Positions 19,986 to 29,158 of a DNA stretch of 64,000 bases are shown here, one piece after another. Each line of letters opens with the position of its first letter. Position 1 is the first letter of the stretch. The DNA lies in IMG/VR virus record IMGVR_UViG_3300021431_000002; one strand, written 5' to 3'. Both the position numbers and the translations under genes were made by a program. The notes under the pieces are model-generated. The model worked only from the letters and a program-made list of their open reading frames with translations. It was not told the DNA's origin and did not search any database. This DNA comes from a virus. Its lineage: Duplodnaviria; Heunggongvirae; Uroviricota; Caudoviricetes.

Positions 19986-20339
19986 TTAATGATATTTATA
20001 AGTAATTGTATGAACGTTTAACCCATATCTTTCATAATCTTCAACAATAACGTTACTGATTGGGCAATTTTCTTTTCGTTCTGCCATTCTATATCCACAC
20101 ACAGCATTATCGTATACTTCATTTGCTCTCTTTTTATTCTCTACGATATAGATGTTTCTTCTTTCATTTGAATTAGGTTTGAAACAAGTCATAAGGTGAC
20201 AGCCACAAATAGTGTTAATAGAAAAACCGCCATCACGATGATAACCACATCCAAATTCAAGCCAAATGGGAATGTGCTTTTTTTTAGAAACTCCACTTTC
20301 ATTCAGATAACTGTAATTAATTTCTTTGTTCATATACAT
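19986..20339 (-). CDS. Cys/His-rich small protein (117 aa)
   Basis: ORF in track with multiple CG.H / C..C pairs. Confidence 0.4.
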   Translation of the reverse strand: MYMNKEINYSYLNESGVSKKKHIPIWLEFGCGYHRDGGFSINTICGCHLMTCFKPNSNERRNIYIVENKKRANEVYDNAVCGYRMAERKENCPISNVIVEDYERYGLNVHTITYKYH

Positions 20340-20407
20340 TATTCTATTTAAAAGTTAAACATGAAATCCATTGAAATGATATAAATATTTTTTTAAATTT
20401 CCAAATT

Positions 20408-20746
20408 TTACCACAAAAATTTTGCTTTAATGTAGAAATTCCACCATTGTACACTCTCTTTGGTAAACTTTAAGAACTCTGAATACCAATGTATGCGTAT
20501 GAATGTGTTTCCTACATCAAGAAAACCACATGCTTGAAGCGCATTGGTTAATGCAGCCAATTCCTCGTAGTCAGAAGGGTATGGATATGTACCCCTACTG
20601 CTATAATTATAGTCCATATAAATCATGTACTCGTCAAACAGCTTGTTTCTCTTGAGATAGCGAAGCCATTTCTTGTAAACAGTACTGACAGATTTTGGCT
20701 GGTTCTTCCTAGTAGAACTATTGAGCAAGCTTACAATCTTTTTCAT
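20408..20746 (-). CDS. hypothetical protein (112 aa)
   Basis: ORF in track. Confidence 0.4.
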   Translation of the reverse strand: MKKIVSLLNSSTRKNQPKSVSTVYKKWLRYLKRNKLFDEYMIYMDYNYSSRGTYPYPSDYEELAALTNALQACGFLDVGNTFIRIHWYSEFLKFTKESVQWWNFYIKAKFLW

Positions 20747-20757
20747 AGCTGCTATGA

Positions 20758-21363
20758 TTAAACGTCCTCGTCTTCATCCCACAAACGCAACTGAAGAGAA
20801 ATCTCTTCAATGCGAGTCTTGTGGTTGAAAGCCCACTCGTAGTTGTCAATGTCCTTAATCTTGACCCACTTAATCTCGCCTACCTCTGCACCCTCATTCT
20901 TCTCTTTTGAGAACTTGAAGTCAGTGGTGATATGGTTTTCAATCTTAGCACCAAAACGGAAAGTCACATTCTGCCTATTAGCAGTAACTGGGTCATCCTC
21001 ATAACCAATGAATATCAAACTTTCAATAGGAAGTTTAACACCTGTTTCCTCAAAGCACTCACGAACCGCACATTCCTTTGTGGTCTCGTCAAAGTCAAGA
21101 TAGCCACAAGGACAATTCCACATGCCTCTGAAATCAGCAGCTTCTTCACCACGTTCAGATGCTAGAACACACCAATCACCATCAGCATCTTTACAGAATA
21201 CAAAAATGGCTGTTGCCATAGAACGGCTAAACCAACCAATAAATGCTTGGCTTAATACTACTCCAATATCTCCTTCTGAAATGCCCAAACTACTTAAATT
21301 GGCTGCAAGCAATTTTATTGCTTTTTCCATGTCTAGACAAGGACGATTTGTCATTTTCTCCAT
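20758..21363 (-). CDS. Nudix hydrolase
   Basis: Nudix box GYLDFDETTKECAVRECFEETGV (Gx5Ex7REUxEExGU). Confidence 0.75.
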   Translation of the reverse strand: MEKMTNRPCLDMEKAIKLLAANLSSLGISEGDIGVVLSQAFIGWFSRSMATAIFVFCKDADGDWCVLASERGEEAADFRGMWNCPCGYLDFDETTKECAVRECFEETGVKLPIESLIFIGYEDDPVTANRQNVTFRFGAKIENHITTDFKFSKEKNEGAEVGEIKWVKIKDIDNYEWAFNHKTRIEEISLQLRLWDEDEDV

Positions 21364-21824
21364 GCTTTTTTATTATATTTATTTTTTTCGTAACTTTTAT
21401 TATACCAAGGTTGTTCTTCTTTTTCTCTTGGGTGATAGCTACTGCTTATTTTGTTGTTAGACCTATAAAGTTTTCTAGATAACTTTCTAGATAATGTAAT
21501 TGGTGGGTGTCTTAAAGTATAAAAATTATGATATATTTGAAACCAATCTATTTTTGATGAACTGTAATAAGCAATAGTCCATTTTAAATCACGAGCAATC
21601 CTATCTATTACATATCTAAGACCTTTATCGTTTGCTACGCCAAATGAATTGATAATTGTGTCTATGTAGTCAGATTTTCCGCATAGACCAAAAATATAGC
21701 GCCTTGGATTAGGAGCGTTTTCACATGCATACGCACATAACGATAAGTCGTTTTTCCATGTGCCATATAGCTTTTTCTCATGTAGATAATCTATCCAATC
21801 TAGATATAATTCTGGGTATTCCAT
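21351..21824 (-). CDS. hypothetical protein (157 aa)
   Basis: ORF in track. Confidence 0.4.
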   Translation of the reverse strand: MEYPELYLDWIDYLHEKKLYGTWKNDLSLCAYACENAPNPRRYIFGLCGKSDYIDTIINSFGVANDKGLRYVIDRIARDLKWTIAYYSSSKIDWFQIYHNFYTLRHPPITLSRKLSRKLYRSNNKISSSYHPREKEEQPWYNKSYEKNKYNKKAWRK

Positions 21825-22411
21825 TATTTCGTAAATAACTTAAAAAAACCGTCCACTAATGTATCATATATACTTTTCTTTAGTTTACTGCTTCCGATGT
21901 ATGTAGAATGATGTTTCTCTTTTTTATCAGTCATATACAGTCTAGCACTCATAATATGGTTAATGCTTGCTTTATTCTCTTCGAACATAAATTCATCATA
22001 TACGTTTTGCCACCAACGGAATGTTCCGTTGCCACTTATGAATTCATCTATGCGTCGGCATATTTTTTTGATTGTGCCAGTGTATTCTAAACCAAAATAA
22101 CTACCGCTAAATCCTCTTCTTTGGCACATTTCATTTATTCTATTGACGTATTTTTGGAATAATTTTCTTTTTTTTAGGAAAGCGTACCATTTTCTTTCAA
22201 TATTACAATGCCACAATTTATGTCTCTTGTTATTCGCAAGAACAAGTTGTTGCGCCAAAAACTTAATTTTATTGTGTTCTGTTAGTCTTTTATTCATATA
22301 ACCATACCATTCTGCCATCCATTTTGCCATATAATGCAAAGATACTAAAAAAAAATTGAATATCCAAAATAAAACCGTTAAAAAAACAAAAAGTTGGTGC
22401 ATCTGCATCAA
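21824..22411 (-). CDS. hypothetical protein (195 aa)
   Basis: ORF in track. Stop overlaps the downstream gene's start. Confidence 0.4.
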   Translation of the reverse strand: MMQMHQLFVFLTVLFWIFNFFLVSLHYMAKWMAEWYGYMNKRLTEHNKIKFLAQQLVLANNKRHKLWHCNIERKWYAFLKKRKLFQKYVNRINEMCQRRGFSGSYFGLEYTGTIKKICRRIDEFISGNGTFRWWQNVYDEFMFEENKASINHIMSARLYMTDKKEKHHSTYIGSSKLKKSIYDTLVDGFFKLFTK

Positions 22412-22429
22412 CTTTTATTCAACTTTTTT

Positions 22430-22537
22430 TTAATAATGCCTATATGAATATTTATAATATTTCTCATTATAGCACTGTGCATACTGGTTAAAATACCATT
22501 TAATTGCTTTCTTAGCTAAATTACCAATTGTCTTCAT
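22430..22537 (-). CDS. tiny Tyr-rich ORF (35 aa) behind the conserved leader AAAGGGAAATAATTATGAAG
   Basis: Manual translation gave MKTIGNLAKKAIKWYFNQYAQCYNEKYYKYSYRHY. Shares a 20-nt leader/RBS with two neighbouring genes. Confidence 0.3.
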   Translation of the reverse strand: MKTIGNLAKKAIKWYFNQYAQCYNEKYYKYSYRHY

Positions 22538-22553
22538 AATTATTTCCCTTTCT

Positions 22554-22949
22554 TCACTTAATTAAAAATTTGTTTAACTCATAAACATCAAATCCCCTAT
22601 TAGTTAGGGTAATGTTAAGAAGCGTCAAATACTTACGATATTGTTTATCGTTCAAGATATAAGACATATATTTGATATTCTTCTTAACAGCGTTTGCAAC
22701 GATTTTCTCGCTGCTCTCTTCTGTATCCATGCAAGATGCAAAAACCAAATCTCTCTCAAGTTCTGAGATTATTTCATCCGACATTTCCATCTGGTCTTTT
22801 GACATATTCAACGCACATGCCAATTTACGATGATTTACTTTCAACTCATACTTTTCAGTATTTGCTAACTTAGTTGCATTGTTATCCTCTGCAAATGAAT
22901 ACACACTCATGGTGAGCATCATCACCATCATTAAAAAAAACTTCTTCAT
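22554..22949 (-). CDS. secreted protein (131 aa) with a signal peptide
   Basis: MKKFFLMMVMMLTMSVYSFA. Preceded by the same AAAGGGAAATAATT leader. Confidence 0.45.
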   Translation of the reverse strand: MKKFFLMMVMMLTMSVYSFAEDNNATKLANTEKYELKVNHRKLACALNMSKDQMEMSDEIISELERDLVFASCMDTEESSEKIVANAVKKNIKYMSYILNDKQYRKYLTLLNITLTNRGFDVYELNKFLIK

Positions 22950-23084
22950 AATTATTTCCCTTTTTACACTTACTTATTTACTTACTTTTTTTTTAAGGAA
23001 CTGTTAAAGGGTCTAAACCCCCAACAATTCCGCTGCACTTACTGTTCTTTTCGTTTGGCTAGGGCAAAACTTCCCAAGCTGTCA

Positions 23085-23168
23085 TTACACCAATGGAATC
23101 ATTCCAGTGGGAGTCATGCTAGCATAGTTGTTAAGCCAAGCATGTAGATAATTTGCTATCTTCTTCAT
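23085..23168 (-). CDS. tiny ORF (29 aa) behind the third copy of the conserved leader
   Basis: MKKIANYLHAWLNNYASMTPTGMIPLV. Leader cttcataattatttcccttt at 23163-23182. Confidence 0.25.
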   Translation of the reverse strand: MKKIANYLHAWLNNYASMTPTGMIPLV

Positions 23169-23551
23169 AATTATTTCCCTTTCAATTTAAATTTAACAAT
23201 CTGATATAGATATGAAAAATAACCATATAGGTCTTTGTAATACTCATCAGCCAATTTCAACTTAGACCATTTATAATACCCTAGCTTTATAAATCCTACA
23301 GATGAGAAACTTTCTTTTGCACTTCTTCCTATTATTTTTTCAAGTTCTCTACTGTTCCTTGCTTTCTAGTGATTACATAACCAAGGTTAAATTTCAAGTT
23401 TTCTATATCAACCATTATTCACTCACTTCCTATAATATATATTATATAATTTTTTTAAAACAATCATTTTATTAATCTATTTTCAAAAAACACCCTTAAT
23501 TTTGACGTAAGTCAATTATGTGTGTGCGAACACACCAATCATTTATAACAT

Positions 23552-23590
23552 TGCAAAGATATGAAAAATATAATTAATACCCAAAATTTC
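23552..23590 (-). promoter_or_regulatory. Bacteroidetes-type promoter
   Basis: tgcaaagata at 23552-23561 and ccaaaattt at 23581-23589. Confidence 0.55.
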
Positions 23591-23660
23591 CAAAGTAAAA
23601 TTGTTGTTTTTACACTTTTAATTGATATAAGTCAGTTCTTAATAATTATCTAAAAATGAA

Positions 23661-23690
23661 AAAAAGCACTCATTTCTGAGTGCTTGGATA
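23661..23690 (-). terminator. rho-independent terminator downstream of the tRNA pair (minus strand)
   Basis: Stem AAGCACTCA/TGAGTGCTT with a 4-nt loop, followed by a T7 run on the minus strand. Confidence 0.5.
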
Positions 23691-23704
23691 TAAAACAAGA
23701 AGCA

Positions 23705-23776
23705 TTAAAGGTGGGATTCGAACCCACAAAAGATAGTTTTGCAGACTATTGAGTATACCATTCCTCCACAGAGTTA
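23705..23776 (-). tRNA. tRNA-Cys(GCA) candidate. Acceptor stem poorly paired
   Basis: Anticodon arm ATAGT-CTGCAAA-ACTAT. T-arm GTGGG-TTCGAAT-CCCAC. Confidence 0.4.
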
Positions 23777-23793
23777 CTTGCTGTATGCTTCTT

Positions 23794-23878
23794 TGTAGCG
23801 AGGGTTGGTTTCGAACCAACGATGAGCCGAAGCTCCCTTCCTTATGAGAGAAGTGCGATAGACCACTCTGCCACCTCG
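23794..23878 (-). tRNA. class-II (long variable arm) tRNA with a CAU anticodon loop CTCATAA. Identity unclear
   Basis: Acceptor GGCGAGG/CCTCGCT plus A73. D-arm GCAGAGTGGTCTATCGC. Anticodon arm CTTCT-CTCATAA-GGAAG. Variable hairpin GGAGCTTCGGCTC. T-arm GTTGG-TTCGAAA-CCAAC. Confidence 0.5.
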
Positions 23879-23952
23879 CCATTAACTAGCTGCGTCACTA
23901 GAATAAATCCGTTCACTATGTTTAAGGTTGTGTACACATACCTACAGCTACT

Positions 23953-24543
23953 TTATCTTCTATCAACGAAATTTAAAAGAAGAAAACCATTTTCATTCTC
24001 ATATTTCTTGATGTAGTATCTATTTCTGAAACTAGATAGGATTGGAAGTAAACGATAAAACCAATTACTATTGCTCATATCAATAATGTTAGGAGTTCCG
24101 TTTTTCGCTTCATACTTAAAGGTATGCAACTTTTCCCCATCATATTTCCTATGACCACCTATATATTTAATGTTTGGATATATGGTTTCCATTATCCCAC
24201 ATATTTCAGAGAATTTTTTCTCAATTCTTTTGTATTCTGTGTCGTTATTCTTATCGTATAAAGACGCTTCAAAAACCACATTAAGAGTTACATCACCTTT
24301 ATCATTGAGATATTTGAGCGTTTCATAGAATGAAAACAAATTATACTCATATTTTCCATTTTTTACAATGATATGGCAATGATTATCAGCATATAAATGG
24401 AAATCAAATAGTCTCACGCCACAATATGTATACTGCTCTTTGTAGTCTGCCGATTGGCATCTTCCAAACCATTTGAAAGCCTTAGACCACCATGTAGATG
24501 GTCTAAGGTATGTTAATGAATTATTAGACCCTATAAACATCAC
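23953..24543 (-). CDS. hypothetical protein (196 aa)
   Basis: ORF in track. Confidence 0.45.
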   Translation of the reverse strand: MMFIGSNNSLTYLRPSTWWSKAFKWFGRCQSADYKEQYTYCGVRLFDFHLYADNHCHIIVKNGKYEYNLFSFYETLKYLNDKGDVTLNVVFEASLYDKNNDTEYKRIEKKFSEICGIMETIYPNIKYIGGHRKYDGEKLHTFKYEAKNGTPNIIDMSNSNWFYRLLPILSSFRNRYYIKKYENENGFLLLNFVDRR

Positions 24544-24631
24544 TTACTTACACTATTAAAATATATTATTTCTACATAAATATTTCCCTATTTTGAAAAA
24601 ATTGTTTATGATTGTATTTAATGGATTCAAA

Positions 24632-25996
24632 TTAATACAAGTCACCTTCGTTGGCAATTGTTTTATACCACTCCTCAGGATTATTATCTTTTACATACGC
24701 TTTGAATGAGGTATAGCTGCCAGTGAGTTGCTTGCGCTCCTTCATCCACTTAGTCTTAGTAGAAACTGCACACTTCTGAGTAGCTTCACCTGTTTTTGCT
24801 GTCAGTTCTGTAGAGCCAACCCTTGTTACAATTTCTAAAGCATTGCGAGTTGCAGTATTATCAGCAGGACCATAATAAATACGGAATTGAACTGGAGCCA
24901 AACCATCAACGCCACCATTAGCATTGGTATTAATCATGGTAGAAACTGGTTGACCAAACAACTCATGCACTTCCTTACCACCAATTGTCAGAGCCTTGGT
25001 ACCACCTGCTGCCCACAAAGTAATAAGAGCATAATCATAATATTTCCAGTCTACTTGACTTTGCTCTGAAATAAATGCGACATCAAATACAGCATCGTTG
25101 AAGTCCCAGTCGCTGATATTAAGATTATCGAGACTGCTGTCCTTCAAGTCCTCAACAAATACGCGCTTAGTATTAATGTACTCTGCAGGACTGATACGTA
25201 CAATCCAGTCAGTAAAGAACCAGTCGCGTTCAACATCCATGTTCTTATTACTCTCTTGTCCTGTTGGATGTGTAGCATAGAAATCGAAGCCAACATAGTA
25301 ATATCCCGCTAAAGAGGGGTCAATTTCAGAACCAGGAATAATTATATATTCATTATGGTATTTAGAATCCACTGCATTATGGTAAGCAAAATCGTATGTA
25401 CCACTATTATACATAAAAGTGTGACCTTCTATAGTACCAAAAGAAGAGTTGTGGTTACCGTTATTGAAGTCGTTTGCATGCTCCCAGTTTCCTACTAAAG
25501 CACCATCAGAGTTAATGCTACCATCACCCTTAAGAACCTGCAAGTGATTCATCTTGTCAGAGCCTAATACATTATTTCCGTCTCCATCTTTAGATGTAGA
25601 CGTACCTTTCCATACCTCAGAAATGAAGTAGTCAGTCCAAATAACGTTATTCTGGTTAACAGCTCCCTCACGTTTTACATTGAAATAGTCATAAACTAGC
25701 TGTCTTTCATTGGGAGTAACGTTTACAGGAACATTAACTGCACATTGGTCTGTTCCCCATTGATTACGGTTTACATTATGAGCACGGCGAGAGGCACTTG
25801 CATCATCTTTATCCTTTACCACATTGGTATTCATATCAGTGAAGCCCCAATTTACATTGGCGTTTACTTGTCCACCCACGAGATTCTCAAATGCAGCAGC
25901 GTACTTCTGGTCTTGAGTCTGTGGGGCAACTTCCTTGTCACTTACGCAACTTGCGAAAGCAAGGGCTACGAAACCCATCAATAAAAACTTTTTCAT
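24632..25996 (-). CDS. surface lipoprotein (454 aa)
   Basis: MKKFLLMGFVALAFASC lipobox. Bacteroidetes-like SpII signal. Confidence 0.55.
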   Translation of the reverse strand: MKKFLLMGFVALAFASCVSDKEVAPQTQDQKYAAAFENLVGGQVNANVNWGFTDMNTNVVKDKDDASASRRAHNVNRNQWGTDQCAVNVPVNVTPNERQLVYDYFNVKREGAVNQNNVIWTDYFISEVWKGTSTSKDGDGNNVLGSDKMNHLQVLKGDGSINSDGALVGNWEHANDFNNGNHNSSFGTIEGHTFMYNSGTYDFAYHNAVDSKYHNEYIIIPGSEIDPSLAGYYYVGFDFYATHPTGQESNKNMDVERDWFFTDWIVRISPAEYINTKRVFVEDLKDSSLDNLNISDWDFNDAVFDVAFISEQSQVDWKYYDYALITLWAAGGTKALTIGGKEVHELFGQPVSTMINTNANGGVDGLAPVQFRIYYGPADNTATRNALEIVTRVGSTELTAKTGEATQKCAVSTKTKWMKERKQLTGSYTSFKAYVKDNNPEEWYKTIANEGDLY

Positions 25997-26746
25997 TTTT
26001 ACTTAATTTTTATAAAATTTTTAATTAAATTATTATAACTAATGTCGGTAGTCATGGATTTGCACCACTGCTGCCTAGGTCAACATTCTCGTACAATGTA
26101 CTACTACCGTTGAGAAACAAAAAGGTTAACCCCTATGCAATAGTTAGCTACGCCATTGCTAGTTGGATTAACCTTAAAAGCCCTTGCATCCCAATCTGCC
26201 TCACGTGCTGGCTAGGTGATACAAATATAAGTCTGTTAAACCACAAGCATAATTTTCTATTAATATATAATTTATTATATTATAGTTCTATATTATATTA
26301 TAGTTCTATTTAAAGTGCTTGCATAATTATTCTATAGGGCTATTCATACCCCCTCCCATAGCATTAGGGTCTTGACCACCCATAGCGTTTGGGTCTTGAG
26401 GTATACCGCTTAATTGTCTAACAAAACTTTCCTTAAGACTTTTTAGCGTATTCTATGCCGTATTCAAAGAATTTCCTACATAACTCGCTCACTTGATTGT
26501 GCGTCATTAATGATGATTCACCAAGTAAAGCTATCCTCAATTTCTTACGAAAATAATCTTGCATTTCTTTATCCTTTGACATCATCATAATTTTATTCTT
26601 ATTTTAATAAGTTAATTTTTCAAGAAATTCATCTTCATCATCTTCTTTAACATATATTCCCATATCGAAAATACATCTAGGTCTGCGATTCGCAAATTCG
26701 CACCTAAAATATAATTGACATTTTTCATCACATGGTATCATAAATA

Positions 26747-27034
26747 TTATGTTTTAAGAAAATTATTTGAAATATCTTTTCCTTCTTTTCGTTGTTTTTT
26801 ATTCTTTATATGCGATTTTATTTTTTCATACACATAAGACCATTTTCTAGTAACAGTCTTATACTGTTTAGCTTTACTCTCTGGAGTATCTAACTCTTTC
26901 CAATTTTTCGCCTTTCTCCATTTGTTGGGAGCATTTTTATCTTCAACATCCCAATAATATAGAACTTTTTTCAGCCTAGATACATATTTCATGTGGTCTT
27001 TCCACCTTCTATATGCTTTATCCCTAGTTTTCAT
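26747..27034 (-). CDS. small lysine-rich protein (95 aa)
   Basis: ORF in track. Confidence 0.35.
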   Translation of the reverse strand: MKTRDKAYRRWKDHMKYVSRLKKVLYYWDVEDKNAPNKWRKAKNWKELDTPESKAKQYKTVTRKWSYVYEKIKSHIKNKKQRKEGKDISNNFLKT

Positions 27035-27083
27035 AATTATAAATATTCGAATACGTACAAAAATAATTAGTATCTGAAATTAG

Positions 27084-27167
27084 AACACCACATGGGATTC
27101 GAACCCATAAGACCTTTCGATACCTCTTTAGGAGAGAGGGACGCTTCCAATTACGTGCTAGTGGTGC
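27084..27167 (-). tRNA. tRNA-Arg(CCU) with an extended variable arm
   Basis: Acceptor GCACCAC/GTGGTGT. Anticodon arm CCTCT-CTCCTAA-AGAGG. Variable TATCGAAAGGTCTT. T-arm ATGGG-TTCGAAT-CCCAT. Confidence 0.55.
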
Positions 27168-27223
27168 GTTTTAATAAAAAAAAGGCTTATCATCCATTCT
27201 CCTAAATGATAAGCCTTAGTTTT

Positions 27224-27832
27224 TTAGTGTCTACCGAGTCTGAACCTACGATTCATAACGGTATCAGCACTCTCTGCCACTGGAGGATTCTTCCAAGGCT
27301 CGTTGCTTCCAAGAACATCATCTTCAATAAGTTTTTTGTCTGATGGTGTTTCATCTTTCTCTAGCTTGCGAACAAAACGTCCGTTTGCGTCTCTCTGAGC
27401 AGTGCGCTGCTCCATTGCACGATAGTTAGCTGAAGCAACTTTATCGATGCTAGGACGTGCCACACGTACCTCTGGTCTACCACACTGACTCTGCCTTGGC
27501 TGTACGCAGCCATTCAGCAACTCAGTAACAACGCAAAGCAACACAGCCGAAGCAATTTGAAGCTCTGGAGTACTGTCAATCAAGTAAACGTGTCCACTAC
27601 CACAGTCAAAGGCAAGAATCGCATGCACACCATTACGTGCCTCATTGCGGATTGTACGTGCCTCTTCACTAGTGAGAGTAAGCTGACGAACCTCGTTAGG
27701 GCCAGTTGCACACTCTACATGATTTTCAGAGAGGTGATAAATAACGAGACGGAGATTAGACTTGTCGCTGCACTGTGACAAAATCTCAGCCATAGGGCTG
27801 TTGTCAGAATGAAGTTTTGCGAATTTCCACAT
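27224..27832 (-). CDS. hypothetical protein (202 aa) in a GC-rich islet
   Basis: ORF in track. Local GC is clearly higher than the surrounding genome. Confidence 0.5.
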   Translation of the reverse strand: MWKFAKLHSDNSPMAEILSQCSDKSNLRLVIYHLSENHVECATGPNEVRQLTLTSEEARTIRNEARNGVHAILAFDCGSGHVYLIDSTPELQIASAVLLCVVTELLNGCVQPRQSQCGRPEVRVARPSIDKVASANYRAMEQRTAQRDANGRFVRKLEKDETPSDKKLIEDDVLGSNEPWKNPPVAESADTVMNRRFRLGRH

Positions 27833-27926
27833 AAAGTCTCTTATCTTTTTAAGTTAATACTTTGAAAAAAAGTAGGTAGCCATTTTGGTGGCTACCCACC
27901 TAGCTTAGATGCGCCTCTAACTTTGA

Positions 27927-28274
27927 TTACTGAGCGTCAGCAGCATCCTCATCGTCACCACCGAAGAACTCGTCATAAGTTGCCTGAGCAATCTTCAGTT
28001 CAACACCAAGCTCGTAGAGACGAGTCTTAGCATCCTGCAGGTCAGCAGCCCACTTGTTAGGATTCCAACCCTTTACACCAGGGCGCAGAGAATCAGTGGT
28101 GTCTGGAGCGAAGTCAGTCAGACCCTGAATCTGCATTTCAACATTGGTTTTCTCAATCTTGAGCTTGTGGATAATCTCCTCCTGGGCAATCTTTGCCTGA
28201 GTGTTAATTTGTGACGCACGTGCTACAAGAGCTTTCGAGTCATTCTGACTCATCATCTGTAAAAACTTTCCCAT
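27927..28274 (-). CDS. hypothetical coiled-coil protein (115 aa) in the GC-rich islet
   Basis: ORF in track. Preceded by two tandem promoters. Confidence 0.5.
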   Translation of the reverse strand: MGKFLQMMSQNDSKALVARASQINTQAKIAQEEIIHKLKIEKTNVEMQIQGLTDFAPDTTDSLRPGVKGWNPNKWAADLQDAKTRLYELGVELKIAQATYDEFFGGDDEDAADAQ

Positions 28275-28361
28275 TTTGTTTAAGTTTTAAAGTTAATAAA
28301 AATTGTGAATTGTGAAATATTTGTCTGCAACTTTCGTTGCTAGTTTGTTTTTGTTTTACAT

Positions 28362-28400
28362 TGCAAAGATATAAATTTTATTTGTAATTTCCAAATTTTT
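28362..28400 (-). promoter_or_regulatory. Bacteroidetes-type promoter, proximal copy
   Basis: tgcaaagata at 28362-28371 and ccaaatttt at 28391-28399. Confidence 0.6.
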
Positions 28401-28464
28401 TCGTGTTAAAAACATTTAAAATTTAAACCTCATTTTGTATATTGTTTTCGTTTCCGAATCACAT

Positions 28465-28503
28465 TGCAAAGATATAGAAAATTTTAGAGACTTCCAAATT
28501 TTT
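28465..28503 (-). promoter_or_regulatory. Bacteroidetes-type promoter, distal tandem copy
   Basis: tgcaaagata at 28465-28474 and ccaaatttt at 28494-28502. Confidence 0.6.
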
Positions 28504-28530
28504 TCGTATTAAAAACTGTTAATGTTTTAA

Positions 28531-29148
28531 CTACTTCCTTAAAATCAAAAGGTTACGTTTGTAATCAATAGAAATATCGTCACCTAGTTTTTTTAAAACG
28601 CTCATACCTAATAGTAAAGGAGCGTCTTGCTGTTCCATAACAACGCAAGGTATGTTATTAATCTTTATGCCTCCTACTTCTACCTCATTTATAATGATTG
28701 TATAAGACTTTACCGTATCTCCATTGGCAATTCTACATTGACCACTCTCTAGAGTTGAATCATTGAGTAATTTTTGCTTTTTTAAGAACAAATACTCAAC
28801 AACAGAAATAGAAATGTCGGTAGCACCAGTATCCAATGTCATTATCATCGGTATTCCGTTGATTTTAGTGGGAACAAGGTAGCAATTATTCTCATGCTGT
28901 AGTTTGACCGCTAATTTAAAATCATTTGGAACTTGTTTCAAAACCTTTGTGGTATCAGTCTTTGGTATTGTATCCGATTTGACAATCTGAACCACTGTGG
29001 TCGTGTCTTTTTCGATTCCTAACGCCTTGGCTTCTAATGTATCATATGCTCTAGGAAATAGTTTAGAGAACGCCCAAATGAATCCCATCACTATTATAAC
29101 CCCTAAAAAAAGTTTGGTGATACAACCAGATAATGTTATTTTTTTCAT
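28531..29148 (-). CDS. retropepsin-like (clan AA) aspartic protease with an N-terminal membrane anchor
   Basis: MTLDTGATDISIS active-site motif (D-T-G-A). N-terminal transmembrane helix. Confidence 0.6.
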   Translation of the reverse strand: MKKITLSGCITKLFLGVIIVMGFIWAFSKLFPRAYDTLEAKALGIEKDTTTVVQIVKSDTIPKTDTTKVLKQVPNDFKLAVKLQHENNCYLVPTKINGIPMIMTLDTGATDISISVVEYLFLKKQKLLNDSTLESGQCRIANGDTVKSYTIIINEVEVGGIKINNIPCVVMEQQDAPLLLGMSVLKKLGDDISIDYKRNLLILRK

Positions 29149-29158
29149 AAATTTTTAT

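Noticed and set aside
22533-23182. Repeated 20-nt element cttcataattatttcccttt x3 with variable spacers, a possible CRISPR-like array.
   Set aside because: The spacers are unequal (about 400 and 220 bp) and each repeat coincides with an ATG/RBS of a minus-strand ORF. It is a duplicated gene leader, not a CRISPR.
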